From assembly GCA_964016885.1 (NCBI GenBank), contig OZ024745.1, forward strand, positions 119,722,001 through 119,786,000: a stretch of DNA of 64,000 nucleotides, in the 5' to 3' direction. Position 1 is the stretch's first letter. Each line of letters begins with the position of its first letter. The notes beneath the pieces are model-generated. The model had not been told where the DNA came from. It ran no database searches and saw only the letters and a program-made list of their open reading frames with translations. A program made the translations under genes and the position numbers. Positions 14,887 to 27,231 of this stretch are shown one piece after another. Source of the DNA: Eledone cirrhosa (lineage: Eukaryota).

Positions 14887-15031
14887 AATCAATTATTTTC
14901 ATCTATTTATAAGATGGGCGTAGGTTGTAAGGTGAAGTTTCTTAGACAATCCTAATTCGCAGGGCTGTCTGCGCGTACCATTGAACAATTCGATAAATAT
15001 ATCAATATCAATGCTCCCAACTCACACACAC

Positions 15032-15074
<43 letters not shown>

Positions 15075-15165
15075 TATGTGTGTGTGAGTTAATTAGGATT
15101 GTCTAAGAAACTTCACCTACGTCCACCTACGCCCATCTTATAAATAGATGAAAAATAATTGATTT
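14887..15165. repeat. Nested inverted repeats around a (TA)n core
   Basis: 14887-14957 is approximately the reverse complement of 15091-15165. Inner palindrome AACTCACACACACATAT...ATATGTGTGTGTGAGTT at 15019-15090. Confidence 0.8.
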
Positions 15166-15443
15166 GTTAGAGAACGTTTTAACTGTTAGTTCATAACTTA
15201 TTTGCACTCGTACTAACTATATATAGTAGAAACTGCTGTTGTACATTTTCTTCAGAATCTTGTGTTTTCCTAGTACTAAAGATATCTACTCACTCAGCAG
15301 AATGCTAATCATAAGAATGCTAATCATTTTAATTATAGTTTATAGTTGCTGTATTCAATATGAGAGGTTAAAATACAACAAACATATCATTGGGTTATGT
15401 TATTTGTTTAGAGTGTTCATATAATCTAAAATCCAATGCTATA

Positions 15444-15626
15444 CAGTGAAATTCTGTTATAACGAAATTCCCGGGTGTAAAAAAATTCGTTGTAACAAAA
15501 AGTTCGTTGTAATGAAAAATTATTTATAACGAGATCGAACGAAAAAATCGAGCGTCTGTTTCTTATTATCTGGAGGATTGAAAAAAATTCGTTATAATGG
15601 TATTCGTTATAACGGAATTTTACCTG
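15444..15626. mobile_element. Tc1/mariner (Tigger/pogo-like) MITE
   Basis: TA|CAGTGAAATTCTGTTATAACGAA ... TTCGTTATAACGGAATTTTACCTG|TA, with internal TTCGTT(A/G)TAA repeats and TA target duplication. Confidence 0.8.
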
Positions 15627-16178
15627 TATAAGTGAGCATTCTAACCCCATGTTTCTGATCGGTCGCTAAACTACATATTTACCTCTTCCTCAGATATTTA
15701 TTGAAAACAGTGATTTAAGAAGTCCACTATATCTCCAAATCTCATTTATGCGTTTTTTCGCAATATATTATTATGCAAAAATAATATCTAATAAACTGAA
15801 TGACTGACGCACATTAAAGCATGTTTGAATTATTACCACTACTTCAGCATTTATAAAAGCATCAGCAGCTTTAAAAACTATACTGAATATCATAATATAA
15901 TAATCCTCAAAGATTTAAAGACATGTTCAAATTAGTGAAAATAAGTTCTAATTTGACTTCAATCAGTTTTTTTTATCGTTGGGTAAATATTCTATCTTTC
16001 ATTGATATTTTCATATTGCACTAAGAACAACTTCCCTGTAGTATCAAGTACCATGTCTCTCCAACAACAAGTAAGTTTTAATATAGATGACCTTTCGATC
16101 ATAGTGCTACTTAATGTTGCAGCCTATTTCCGGTATGCTGCATATTTAATATCTAGCAGGGAAAGCAGACTATAACGA

Positions 16179-16240
16179 AGATGATGATGATGATGACGAC
16201 GATGACGATGACGATGACGATGATGATGATGATGGTGGTG
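16179..16240. repeat. (GAT/GAC)n trinucleotide repeat
   Basis: Direct reading. It explains the His-rich ORF at 16124-16312. Confidence 0.9.
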
Positions 16241-16809
16241 TAAAAATGTAAACGGACACTGAGTGCACAAAGCACGAACATTATTTTCATTTCTATTATT
16301 ATATCTGTGCAAATGTGTTAATTCAAAGTTTGAACCAAATCGTTTCTTTCAATTTCTGTAGAAACTACTGAAGCAGAATTTATTGGTTTAACCTACCCAT
16401 ATCTCAGAAATATTTCAAATCTATTTTGATAGTCTCATTGCGCCAACCCTGTAGTTAATGCAGATGGAATTAATAGAAATAGAAATGCCTTCTTTTATGA
16501 ATCATTAATAAAGCAAATGTTTTGGGCGCTATAAAATACTATTCGTCCTGCAATCTTTTCAGTTGATTAACAAATTAACTTTGTAGGGGAAATTTGACAG
16601 ATGCATATTTAATGAACTATGATCTGAAGCAAACCTATGACCCAATGATAAAAAACACGGAGAAAATTTGTGAATTTGCTTGAGATTGAGTAGCAAAATA
16701 TTGCTTTTTTCTCGAAAAAAAGTGAATTTCAAACCTACTGTAAACTCGCATATTGTACTGGAGTATTGATGTCAAATCATCTCTTCTTATCTAGCATGTT
16801 ATATATTTA

Positions 16810-17395
16810 TCACCATCATCATCATCCGGCGGCCTCAGCCGAAATGGACGCAACAATTGATCTCCACGTTGGCCTGTCGTTCATTGCCGTGCCAAGTCCT
16901 CGATTTCAATACCAGAATCTCTGGAGATGACATCGGGGTAGGAGAGCTTGCGGCCCTTATTATTCGTGACTGCTTATGGTTTCCGAAGCACTAATGGGGA
17001 CACAGCCTCAGAGGTGGCTCGATGGCAGTGGCCAGAAAATCTTACTCTCCTGTTACGTACAACGACAGATATGCGTGGGAGGACAGCATATATCTCTCTT
17101 AGTATGATGTCACCAGTGTATGTTCTGAATGCGTTGAAGCAGGAGAATGTAAGTGCCATCAATGTGCTTTTGTTGTTTGGATGAAAGCTTCCATGTTTCA
17201 CTTCCATATAACTAGATTGGTTGAATTGTTACTTGGAAGAGTCTGATCTTGGTTTGGTTGGAAAAATTTGAACGCCAAACTCGATCCATTTTGTTGCAAG
17301 CTGACCATGCTTGGGCTTTCTGGTGGCGAAATCCTTCTCAGAGTCCATTATCCAGGACCGAAGATACTTGAAATCCTCGACTTCCTTGATATATT
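16810..17395 (-). mobile_element. RTE-clade LINE 3' fragment with (GAT)n tail
   Basis: Minus-strand translation gives EVEDFKYLRSW..DSEKDFATRKAQAWSACNKMDRVWRSN and RNRRVRFSGHCHRA, and the element ends in (CAT)n on the plus strand. Confidence 0.8.
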
Positions 17396-17554
17396 TATAC
17401 AGGCATAGTCTTACATTAAACAGTATAGAAGATCACTATTTGCAATATTCAAACTTTTGAATCATCAATGAGTAGATATGTGTTCTATGTTTCAAACTAA
17501 CATAGAGTGGCGAGGTGAAAGAATTCATGAATAATCATTGATTAATTGTTTTGG

Positions 17555-17875
17555 ATTTCATCCTTACGGGGTCGATAAAATAAAGTACCAGTAATACACT
17601 GGGATAATTGCTGGGTCTTGTGCCAAAAAGTAGAAACAATTATATCATCTGTATAAGGGTGGTAGAATGGCAAAATCGGTAGAATGTCGGACAACATGCA
17701 TCACGACATAGAGTTACGCCCTTTACGTTCTAAGCTGAAATGCTGCCGAGGTTAGCTTTGCCTTTCATCCTTACGGGGTCGATAAATAATGCACCAGTAA
17801 TGCACTGAGGTCGATTTAATCGACTTACCCCTTCCATTCAAATTGTTGGCCTTGCTCCTAAAGCAGAAACAAGTA
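17555..17875 (+). mobile_element. Two tandem SINEs (truncated short-tail, then full long-tail copy)
   Basis: Consensus match. The second copy is flanked by the direct repeat TATATCATCTGTAT. Confidence 0.85.
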
Positions 17876-18249
17876 TATCATCTGTATTTGTTGCAAGCCA
17901 AAGTCTTTATTAAATTAGAAGGTATTGATCATTAGTTTTGAACAAATAGATAAACATTTTTGAAATCTTATATCTCCTGTTCCCTATTCCCAGATATTTT
18001 ACTACGGTTACGTGTATAACCTATTTCATAAGGACATATAAAAGAGCACCCCTCTTCTAAAGTGTTTGGGTTAACGTATTCCCCTGTTTATAGAACCTTA
18101 ACGAATATAAAATAAATTGTCACACGAAACCAATATATCTAAGAGTGTTGTGATATTACAGTAATACTTTGTCTTTGGAATAATGAACGTCTGAGTTTAT
18201 CTCCTCCAGGTGGTTTACGGAAAACTTTATAGGTCAGTATAAAAATAAA

Positions 18250-18505
18250 TTGCGAGAAATTGGCAGAGTGGTTAGAATGTCGGATAGAATGCTTTATGGT
18301 ATTACTTCCGGCTCTCTGCTCTCGGAGTTAAAATCCCGCTGAGGTCAACTTTTCCTTTCATCCTTTCGAGGACAATAAAAAAGTACCAGTTTAGTACTAC
18401 TGGAGTCGATTCTTCCTCTATATCGCTTTCTCATGTCCTCTCTCTCACTTTCTATTTTTCGCTGGAGAAAATCTGCTGTACTCAGTCCTGGAGATGGCTG
18501 GGCTC
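18250..18505 (+). mobile_element. SINE, alternative-tail subfamily
   Basis: TGGCAGAGTGG head, central CCTTTCATCCTTTCGAGG, tail AAATCTGCTGTACTCAG as at 25798-26130. Confidence 0.65.
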
Positions 18506-19035
18506 TGTGAAATCATAAAACCAGAATAACATACATACATACTTACATACATAAATGCATGCTTGCATATAGTCATAACAGAGCAGGTATAATGATATGG
18601 GACAAGGAAAAGAAGGCATGCACGGTAGTGGAAGTTAACTGCCCAGCAGATGCCAATATAATATTAAAAATTAGAGAAAAGTATAATATATTTTAAGAAC
18701 TAATGAGAAATCTACAGATACTCCACCCTGACAATACCTTCAGATTTATATCTGTGATTATTGGGGCACTGGGATGTGTTAGTAACAGCCTAAGTACAAA
18801 TCTGGGGAAGCTGGGTTTCACAAAAACAGAAAGAACGCGGCCATTTAGGAAATTACAAGTATAATCCATTAATGGAACAGTAAAAGTATGTAAAATATTC
18901 TAAAATTTCTGCACCTAATAATTGCATGTGCATATGTACAGACGTTTAAGCATATGCACATGCACACATGAACACATATAAATCAAAACATCCACATCCA
19001 CACATATAATAACATCCATACCTGCACACACATGC
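18505..19035 (+). mobile_element. R4/Dong-like LINE: isolated 3' terminus plus a degenerate endonuclease/3' UTR copy
   Basis: 18505-18545 matches the terminus at 22156-22192. 18570-19030 matches 21605-22070. Confidence 0.85.
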
Positions 19036-22000
19036 ATGCATACATACACGCAGACATTCAGTAGAACCAGAACTCTTCAATATAAGCTGATTACCCTCAA
19101 ACAAGAATTGAGAGCTGTTAGCGAAAAACGCCGATACCTGAAGAAGGTAGATGAGAGAAAAGTGCTTAATAAAAGATTCAGACGAAACCAAATATCAGTC
19201 TATAGAGATATGAAGAACAAAATAATTGTCTCTACTTTAGGCACAAGGCCAGCAATTACCCAGTGCATTACTGGTACTTTATTTTATCGACCCCGTAAGG
19301 ATGTAAGGCAAAGTCAACCTCGGCGGGATTTGAACTCAGATCGTAAAGGGACGTAACTATGCTGGAAAGCATAGCGTCTGACCCTCTACTGATACTGCCA
19401 ATCCACCGCCCTTGAAGAATACTGCCAATCCACCGCCATATGAAGAACGAAATAATAAGTGTCACTAAGGCCCCATCCCAGAAAGACATAGATCCCTTTT
19501 GGAGAAAAATATGGGGTGAAAAGAAGAATTTCAACCAAGATGTAGTGTGGCAGAGAGAAATCCGAAAGAACTATTGCTCCTACACTACAACAAATACATA
19601 CGAAATAAGTGAGGGTACCCTTGAGACTGTGATAGGAAAACCCCAAGATAAGAAAACACCAGGAAGAGACATGATTGTCGGCTACTGGTACAAAAAACTG
19701 ATATTCTATCGGAAGTATCTTACCTCTACCAACAAGTTCTTAAGGGAGATACACTTATACCAGAATGGTTGACATTAGCACAAATATTACTGGTCCCCAA
19801 GAACAAAGATACCCACTTGGCAAAAAACTACCGACCCATTGTATACAGAACCTGATGTATAAGATGTATACAGCCTGCCTGAACCTATTCCCCCAAAATC
19901 ACTGTGAAAATAATAACATCATCATAGATGAACAAGCAGCTGGAAATAAAGGGGTTTGGGGATGTGCTGAACAAATCCTAATCAACAAAACTGCGATGTC
20001 GGAGGTGCGACAACTTAGGAGGAATATGATTACAGTCTGGCTGGACTACAGGAAAGCTTTCGATTCTGTTCCCCACTCTTGGATGATAGAAGTGCCCCAA
20101 CTTGATAAAGTCCCAGACATTATTGAGTCATAGAGAAGCTGTCTTCTTCTTGGGCTACAATCCTAAGGTTAAAGACAGAGAGGGATGCCTCTATTTTCAC
20201 TGATAAAATAAAATATCGCAGGGGTATATTTCAGAGAGACAGACTCTCTGTGATATTATTCATCTTGTCATTAAACCCCTTGTCCTTTCTGCTCAATAAA
20301 TGTGAGGGATACATCATTGGCTCACAGGAGGACATAAACACGAACCTAACCAATAATTTCTTTGTGGATGATCTGAAACTCTATGCCAAGAACATGGATG
20401 GGATGAAGAAAAATCTTGACCTGGTTACAACGTTCTCAACGGATATAGGAATGGAGTTTGGCCAAGATAAATGCTCATACATGACTGTAAAGCGGGGAAA
20501 AACAACAACCCAATCTAGCAATATTGTCATCAATGGCTTAACTGTTTCACCGATATCTGATGAGGACTGCTACAAATACCTGGGGATAGATGAGAACATA
20601 TCCTATAATGGTATCTGTAATAAAGAACACGTAACCAGGGAATACTACACCCGATTAAGAAAGATTTCGTCATCGGAACTCTCTACGCAAAACAAAACAG
20701 TGGCTCACAATGTGTTTGCTGTGCCTGTCCTAACACCAACGTTTGGAATACTCAATTGGACGATAGACGAAATCCGAGCAGGTGATGTTGGAACTAGAAA
20801 AATACTAAACAACACCGGAAACGTCCACATCAACAGTGACATAGACCGCCTTTACTTGAAACGTAAGCAGGGAGGCAGAGCCTAACATCAGTCCAGACAG
20901 CATTTGAATGTCGCATCATATCTCTCCGACAACATCTACGAACCTCGAAGCGTAGGAGCCCGTTTCTCGAGCAAGTCTATCTGCATGAAACAGATAAGAT
21001 CATGAGAGTTGGGAAGGAACTCATTGAGAGATATTCCCTGTGTGATAATCAAAAACTCACACCCAGGGATGTCGTTCAGCAGTATCGCAGTGAATACATG
21101 GATGAGAAACTGCATGTCTTTCAGCAAAAAATCATCCATGGATATGTTGCCAGGAAGCTCCAGAGTGAGAGTAATAGAGATAAAGAAAGTAGTCTATCTT
21201 GGACCAACAACCGCTATATTGGCTCCCACTTTGAAGGATATGCTTTTGCAATCCAGGAACAGGAGATTAGCACGAAATACTTGATTCACAAAAGAGATAG
21301 GGATGCAGGCAAAACACCTAGATGTGATAACAAGTGCAGACTCTGCAGATTTAACATCGAGGATATCACCCATGTCATCAGCAGCTGTCCAAAGATGTCA
21401 TCAGCAGCTGTCCAAAGATGTCATCGCGGTACTATCTATGTATGAGGCATGATGTAGTGGCCAAAACACTGTACAATGTAGTTCGTAAAAAAGATAGCGC
21501 CGATTTTAAACACATTAAAAGCTACAACAATGTGGAAGACATCCATGTACGTGATATGAAAGTGTACTGGTGTAATGCTCCAGTAAAAAACCCAATAAAA
21601 TGCAAGCATAACAGACCAGATATTATGATATGGGACAGGGAGAAGAAAACATGCACAATAGTGGAAATTAGCTGCCCAGCAGATACCAATATAATATTAA
21701 AGATTAGTGAAAAGGAGAATATTTATGCAGAACTGTTGAGAAATCTGCAGATACTCCACACTGATTACACCTTCAGATTTATGCCTCTGATTATTGGGGC
21801 ACTGGGATATGTTAGTAACTGCCTCAATACAAATCTTGAGAAGCTAGGCTTCACAGGAACAGAAAGAACACAACTAGTTAGGAAATTACAAGTACAATCC
21901 ATTAATGGAGCAGTAAAAATATGCAAAACATTCCAAAAGTTTTGCATCTTAGAACTGCATATACACATGTACAGATACAAAGCATATACACATGTACACA

Positions 22001-22192
22001 TACAACTCAAAACATACACATCAACACATACAATAACATCCATATCTACACATTCATGCATACATACATATCTACCTAGTTGATGTTGTGTAAATTCCAA
22101 TGAGAGAGTCTTGTGTCTATGTTAGAAACCGACTCTCTCTCTATTGGTAAAACTTTGTGAAATTATAAAACCAGAAGAACATACATACATAT
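19036..22192 (+). mobile_element. R4/Dong-like RLE non-LTR retrotransposon, 5'-truncated and frameshifted
   Basis: RT motifs WLDYRKAFDSVPH, FVDDLKLY and YKYLG; zinc knuckle CRLC..EDITHVISSC; RLE motifs RHD and RPDIMIWD...IVEISCP; (ACAT)n tail. Confidence 0.9.
19222..19437 (-). mobile_element. SINE inserted in the R4/Dong ORF
   Basis: Reverse-complement consensus, with target duplication ATATGAAGAAC(A/G)AAATAAT on both sides. Confidence 0.9.
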
Positions 22193-22194
22193 AT

Positions 22195-22520
22195 GATGAC
22201 GGCTGCCCCCTCGTCATCGAGTATGGCCATTGCACGATATAACATTATTAATAATTATTAATTAATTCTATCGTGCAATGCCTGTGCGTGAAGATATTTT
22301 TTAAAGTGAGGAAAGAATGTGCACTGAGCCAATCCCACTCTCTGAGCAACTGTAGCTATAACCCGAAAAGAAGAAAAGATCAACATCATCGGTAACTACC
22401 GAGCCGCAGGTTTTATATCGGAGTTATCCCAGTTTCTTGAGTTGCCTTCCTCTAGAAGAATGCCCTGACAAAGGCTAGGGGTCCTTCCCTCCCAGTGGTT
22501 TAACGGCGCGATCGGGTGTA
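22195..22520 (-). mobile_element. Probable 5' UTR fragment of an RTE-clade LINE
   Basis: Resembles RTE 5' UTRs as I recall them (CTAGAGGAAGGCAACTC; CTCGATGACGAGGGG). Contains the hairpin CATTGCACGATA...TATCGTGCAATG. Confidence 0.4.
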
Positions 22521-22986
22521 AAGCCCGACTATTTCTATGTCACCGCGTATATACATACACATGGACCCATGTATATACACATATACATATACATTCATAT
22601 GTACATGTGCATATACATATTTACACACTTTCGGATGGCGGTTGACTTTATGAGTTCTTACGCCCTTCGTCAGGTTTTGTTTTTTGTCCTGCAGGGTGTC
22701 CAAAATCACCCTCCTCACCAAGTAAACTTGGTGAGGTTGCTGGTTTAGTCGCCGACGACCCGAGCATGCATACATACATACATACATATACATATATATT
22801 AGCGACAAGTTGTGGTTATTTCCTTTTATAGATATGAGGTATGACTGTGGATCAAGTAAATGTTCAATATTTATATTTTCTCTAGAAGCTGGCGTTAGAA
22901 ATATTGGCGAATGAGGATCCTCTTTCAAAACATTTATAGCAAAAATGTCGCTACTAAAACTGAACTGAGCGAGCAGACCTAACTGT

Positions 22987-23146
22987 AATAATTGTTTCTA
23001 TTTTTGGCACGAGGCCAGCTATTACCCCAATGTATTACTGGTACTTTATTTTATCGATCCCGTAAGGATGAAAGACAAAGTCAACCTCGGCGGGATTTGA
23101 ACTCAGAATGGCAAGGGCCATAACTCAATGCGTCAAAGCATGGCGA
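22987..23146 (-). mobile_element. SINE, 5'-truncated
   Basis: Reverse-complement consensus. Confidence 0.85.
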
Positions 23147-23481
23147 TAATATAATGTTATAGGGTTACATATAGATCAGGTAAGTTCTACTTTTCCTTTT
23201 ATCATTGGTTACTAGATTTCTAGTAGAATATTTAGATAATCTCTACAATTGTTTTCCCAAAACAAATTTCAGATAAGAAATAAGATTCAATACTCAAGAA
23301 TATTTTTACTGCCGTTCGTTATGATCAACCAATGCTGTATCTGTCTACGCGTAAGTATCAATGACTTTTCAGTTATTCAAGTTATAAATTATGGTAGAAC
23401 ATCGACGAAACGTATTAGTCATTATGATGATGTAAAAACAATAATGAAATGGACAGGTAATGATTTGTGTTGGCGGAAATA

Positions 23482-24316
23482 CAGGGTAGCCCAAAGGTCG
23501 CAATATATAGGACATTTTTAAGTTTCCATATTTATTCATTATGAATAAATTGTTTCTTATAAAACAGATAATTGCTGACCTGGTGCCAAAAGTAGAAACA
23601 ATTATTTATTTTAAATAGGGCGGTGAATTGGCAGTATCGGTAGAGGGTCGGACATGCTTTCCAGCATAGTTACGTCCATTTACGATCTGAGTTCAAATCC
23701 GGCCGAGGTTAACTTTGCCTTTCATCCTTACGGTGTCGATAAAATAAAGTACCAGTAATGTACTGGGTAATTGCTAGCCTTGTGCCTAAAATAGAAACAA
23801 TTATTTATTTTAAAGAGGGAACAGCAGTGCAAGTTGAATGTAGTATAATAAGTAAGGCGATCAAAGATATGAAGACAGGCAAGGCGGCTGGGCGGTGGAT
23901 TGGCAGTATAGGTAGAGGGTCGGACGCCATGCTTTGACGCATAGAGTTACGGCCCTTGCCATTCTGAGTTCAAATCCCGCCGAGGTTAACTTTGCCTTTC
24001 ATCCTTATGGGGTCGATAAAATAAAGTACCAGTAATACACTGGTTAATTGCTGGCCTTGTGCCAAATGTAGAAACAATTATTTATTTTAAGGGCAGTGGA
24101 TTGGCAGTATCGGTAGAGGTCGGACGCCATGCTTTCCAGCATAGTTACGTCCCTTTACGGACTGAGTTCAAATCCCGCCGAGGTTAACTTTGCCTTTCAT
24201 CCTTACGGGGTCGATAAAATAAAGTACCAGTAATACACTGGGATAATTGCTGGCCTTGTGCCAAAAAAGTAGAAACAATTATTTATTTTATGTATCGCGA
24301 CTCTTAGGCCACCCTG
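23482..24316. mobile_element. Tc1/mariner-type MITE inflated by a SINE array
   Basis: TA|CAGGGTAGCCCAAAGGTCGCAATATATA ... TATGTATCGCGACTCTTAGGCCACCCTG|TA. Confidence 0.75.
23566..24285 (+). mobile_element. Head-to-tail SINE array: a tail fragment plus three full copies (about 23618, 23890 and 24091)
   Basis: Each unit ends AGAAACAATTATTTATTTTA. Confidence 0.9.
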
Positions 24317-24619
24317 TATAATTTACGAAATTGCTGTAATGTTGAAATAATTAATAACATTATTTTTCACAGAATCTTGAGGAAGGTTTATTTATGTTGA
24401 TATAAATATTTATAAGCTGTAACATTATTCTATTATAGGTAGATATGTTAGAGTAAATATAAAATCCTCGTAACATAAGTTTCAACAGTATATACAATGT
24501 TTTCGGGAATTATAACATAGATGCTGTTAGAAATCCGACATAATTTGCATCAGTGTTTTACCAGGAATTCTTATTTATCAAATATAAATTGCAATGCTCA
24601 GATATATTACACAATTATA

Positions 24620-24695
24620 CTTACGGGGTCGATAAAATAAAGTACCAGTAATACACTGGTTAATTGCTGGCCTTGTGCCAAAAGTAGAAACAATT
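24620..24695 (+). mobile_element. 5'-truncated SINE
   Basis: CTTACGGGGTCGATAAAATAAAGTACCAG...AGAAACAATT. Confidence 0.8.
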
Positions 24696-25797
24696 TATAT
24701 AAATAATACAGTAGGACTATTTCAGTTATAGGGAGGATATTATAAAACTGAAGTGAATCCCAGGAAGATATGACCTGCTTTCGAATGGTTTCAATGATAT
24801 TTGTTTTATTGACGAGTTTAAAAAAATCCTGAGTTTTTTTTTGTGTCCTGTATTGGAGTATGTTTCAATAACGAATGGTATGATGTACAATGTTTTCAAG
24901 ATGCACTGAGGAGTGTTTGAAGAACGTAATTCTACCGAAAAATGATATGTGGCATCTATGGCAGTACTGGTTCTAAAACATTCTATATAATTTAATGACA
25001 AACATATTGGGCCGTCAAGTATGAAATTTGTAGAAGTTTGTAGAAACAAAAAGAAATTTCTACAAATACCATACTTGACGACCCACTATATGTAATACGA
25101 ATTTCATATGCACATATCAATCAGCACATTTATTGTGGAATTGATATAAGAATACGTGAGTTTAATTCTTTTCACAACAGTTTTTGTTTGTTTTGATTAT
25201 GATAGAATTCCTCTCTTAATTAGACATAGATGATAATTTGAATAGAATCAAATTTGCAATTAATACTTCGTATAACTTATTCTAGAGGGTCGGAGAGTAA
25301 TGTTGATTTCCACTTGAACTCAAACCCGAGTGACCGATACTGAAAACTACAAAGCATTTATTTATACACGCTATTATTTCTTCCGATTATTTATTCCCAA
25401 TTTGCCTTCCTATCACAATGAAACACAAGCTTTATTTTCCAACGTGATATGGAGCAAGGGGTACAACTCCCTGAGTTATGTAAATAATCAAACACATTAA
25501 TAAACTTAATTTAGAATAAATTATCGTTTAAACATACTATGTTTTAATAAAAGAAAATTGGAACAACGGCCATCCCGTGAGTTATAATGCACTGGAATAA
25601 ATCAATAAAAATCACCTAATTAAAATAATAACTAGGTATTTATATATGTAAACTAGAAATAACATTGTTGTTACATACTATAAATAAAATTAAAGATGCC
25701 GGTATAAACATAAGTAAGTAACACGCGCAAACGTTAAATGATTATATACCATAATTATTGACACATAAAACTAAAATTACTACAGTAATGAAAGAAA

Positions 25798-26130
25798 TGG
25801 CGGCGAATTGGCAGAGTCGTTACAACGTCGGATAGAATGCTTTGCAATATTCATTTCGGCTCTCTGCTCTCAGAGTTAAAATTCCACCCAGATCAACTTT
25901 GACTTTCATCCATTCACGGAAGATAAAAAAGAACCTGTCAATCAATCGGATCTATTCTTCCTCTATATATCTTTCGTATTATTTCACTCCCTACCTTTCT
26001 CTGGAAAAAATCTGCTGTATTCAGAGCTGAAGAGGCATGGGCTCCGCCAGGTTTAAAAATGCCCTAGAAACACCATGTGTCATACGCTGCCCCCACGACT
26101 CCGTCAGGAGATACGTGACCCTGCCATGCA
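25798..26130 (+). mobile_element. SINE, alternative-tail subfamily
   Basis: GGCGGCGAATTGGCAGAGTCG head, tail shared with 18250-18505. Confidence 0.6.
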
Positions 26131-26417
26131 ATCCAAAAAGTTGAAACAGCTCATAAGATAGTTTCAAATATAGGGGAGATAATCTCTCTGATATGACAGA
26201 CTAAGCGAGACTCTATTTCAACTATTTTCAACTATCCGCTTCTGTAGCAGACTCTAATATGTATCGAGATACACGGCAAAATATCAACATGCATGGCCTT
26301 TTTGATGGGGTAATTGAGAGTTTGACGTTTCATGTCCTGTCATTGACTCTAGGTTCCGAGACTGTAAAGAAAGATTTTGTTACTATTCAGATATGAAGAC
26401 GTTTCTATTATTTAAAT

Positions 26418-26694
26418 CAGGCATGGGCAACCTTTTTCGAGAAGCTGGCCGCATGAGATATGGCTCCTCATCAGGCGGACCGCAAGCGCTAATTTACATT
26501 CATGCCCGCATTAAAAAAGGGCGGTAACTCAGGTTGTTTTCATTTGTTTCTTCAGAATTCGTTGTTTTCCTCGAGTGGAAAAATGTTAGAAAGATAAATT
26601 ACGACTGAAAAGTTGGGGTAAAAAATCAGAAAGTTTTCAGGTGACTTAGGTGAGCCATTCAGAAAGTCCTAGGACCGCAGGTTGCCCATGACTG
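26418..26694. mobile_element. hAT (Charlie-like) MITE
   Basis: TIRs CAGGCATGGGCAACCT / AGGTTGCCCATGACTG; 8-bp target duplication ATTTAAAT / ATTTAAAC. Confidence 0.85.
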
Positions 26695-27231
26695 ATTTAA
26701 ACACTATCGGTATTCTAGAAATATTTTAAGTGTATTTGTGTGGAATATGAAGATATAAAAGTGGTATGTTGCTCATTGACAAAGCTACTGTTCTTTAATT
26801 AAGATATGAATTAGTTCTATTATGGGCTTATTTAGCTTTAATAGATGACCTTTTCGTTATTCAAATTTGTTCGTCTCCATCAATTCAAATTAGACATAAC
26901 ATTTATTTACCCATGCGAAGTAGTTCATCTGCAAACGTGGCCATCCACACCGTTGTACCTTAATTTAACTCCTTCTTCTCAATCACGCTTATGGATAAAG
27001 ATTACGCTGATTTCATAAAGGCAGAGGCTTGAAACTATCATATAAAATAATACAACAGCGATCTAATATAATAGAAATTGTGGCATTCTGATTAGAGTCA
27101 TTTACATTTAAGAAATAAGAAATAAAAAGAATGGTGTTTTATGTAGTTTGAAAATTCGGATCATTTTTTTTTTTGTTTTTTGTTCTGGTAATGCAATGTT
27201 TTTAACATGGGGTCAGATTCAAAGTATACAT

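Noticed and set aside
16124-16312. Poly-His ORF
   Set aside because: It is produced by a (GAT/GAC)n repeat and has no other coding evidence.
23566-24285. SINE heads as tRNA genes, or the array as CRISPR-like
   Set aside because: A/B boxes are present, but there is no cloverleaf and each head continues into a SINE body. The units are about 190-bp dispersed repeats.
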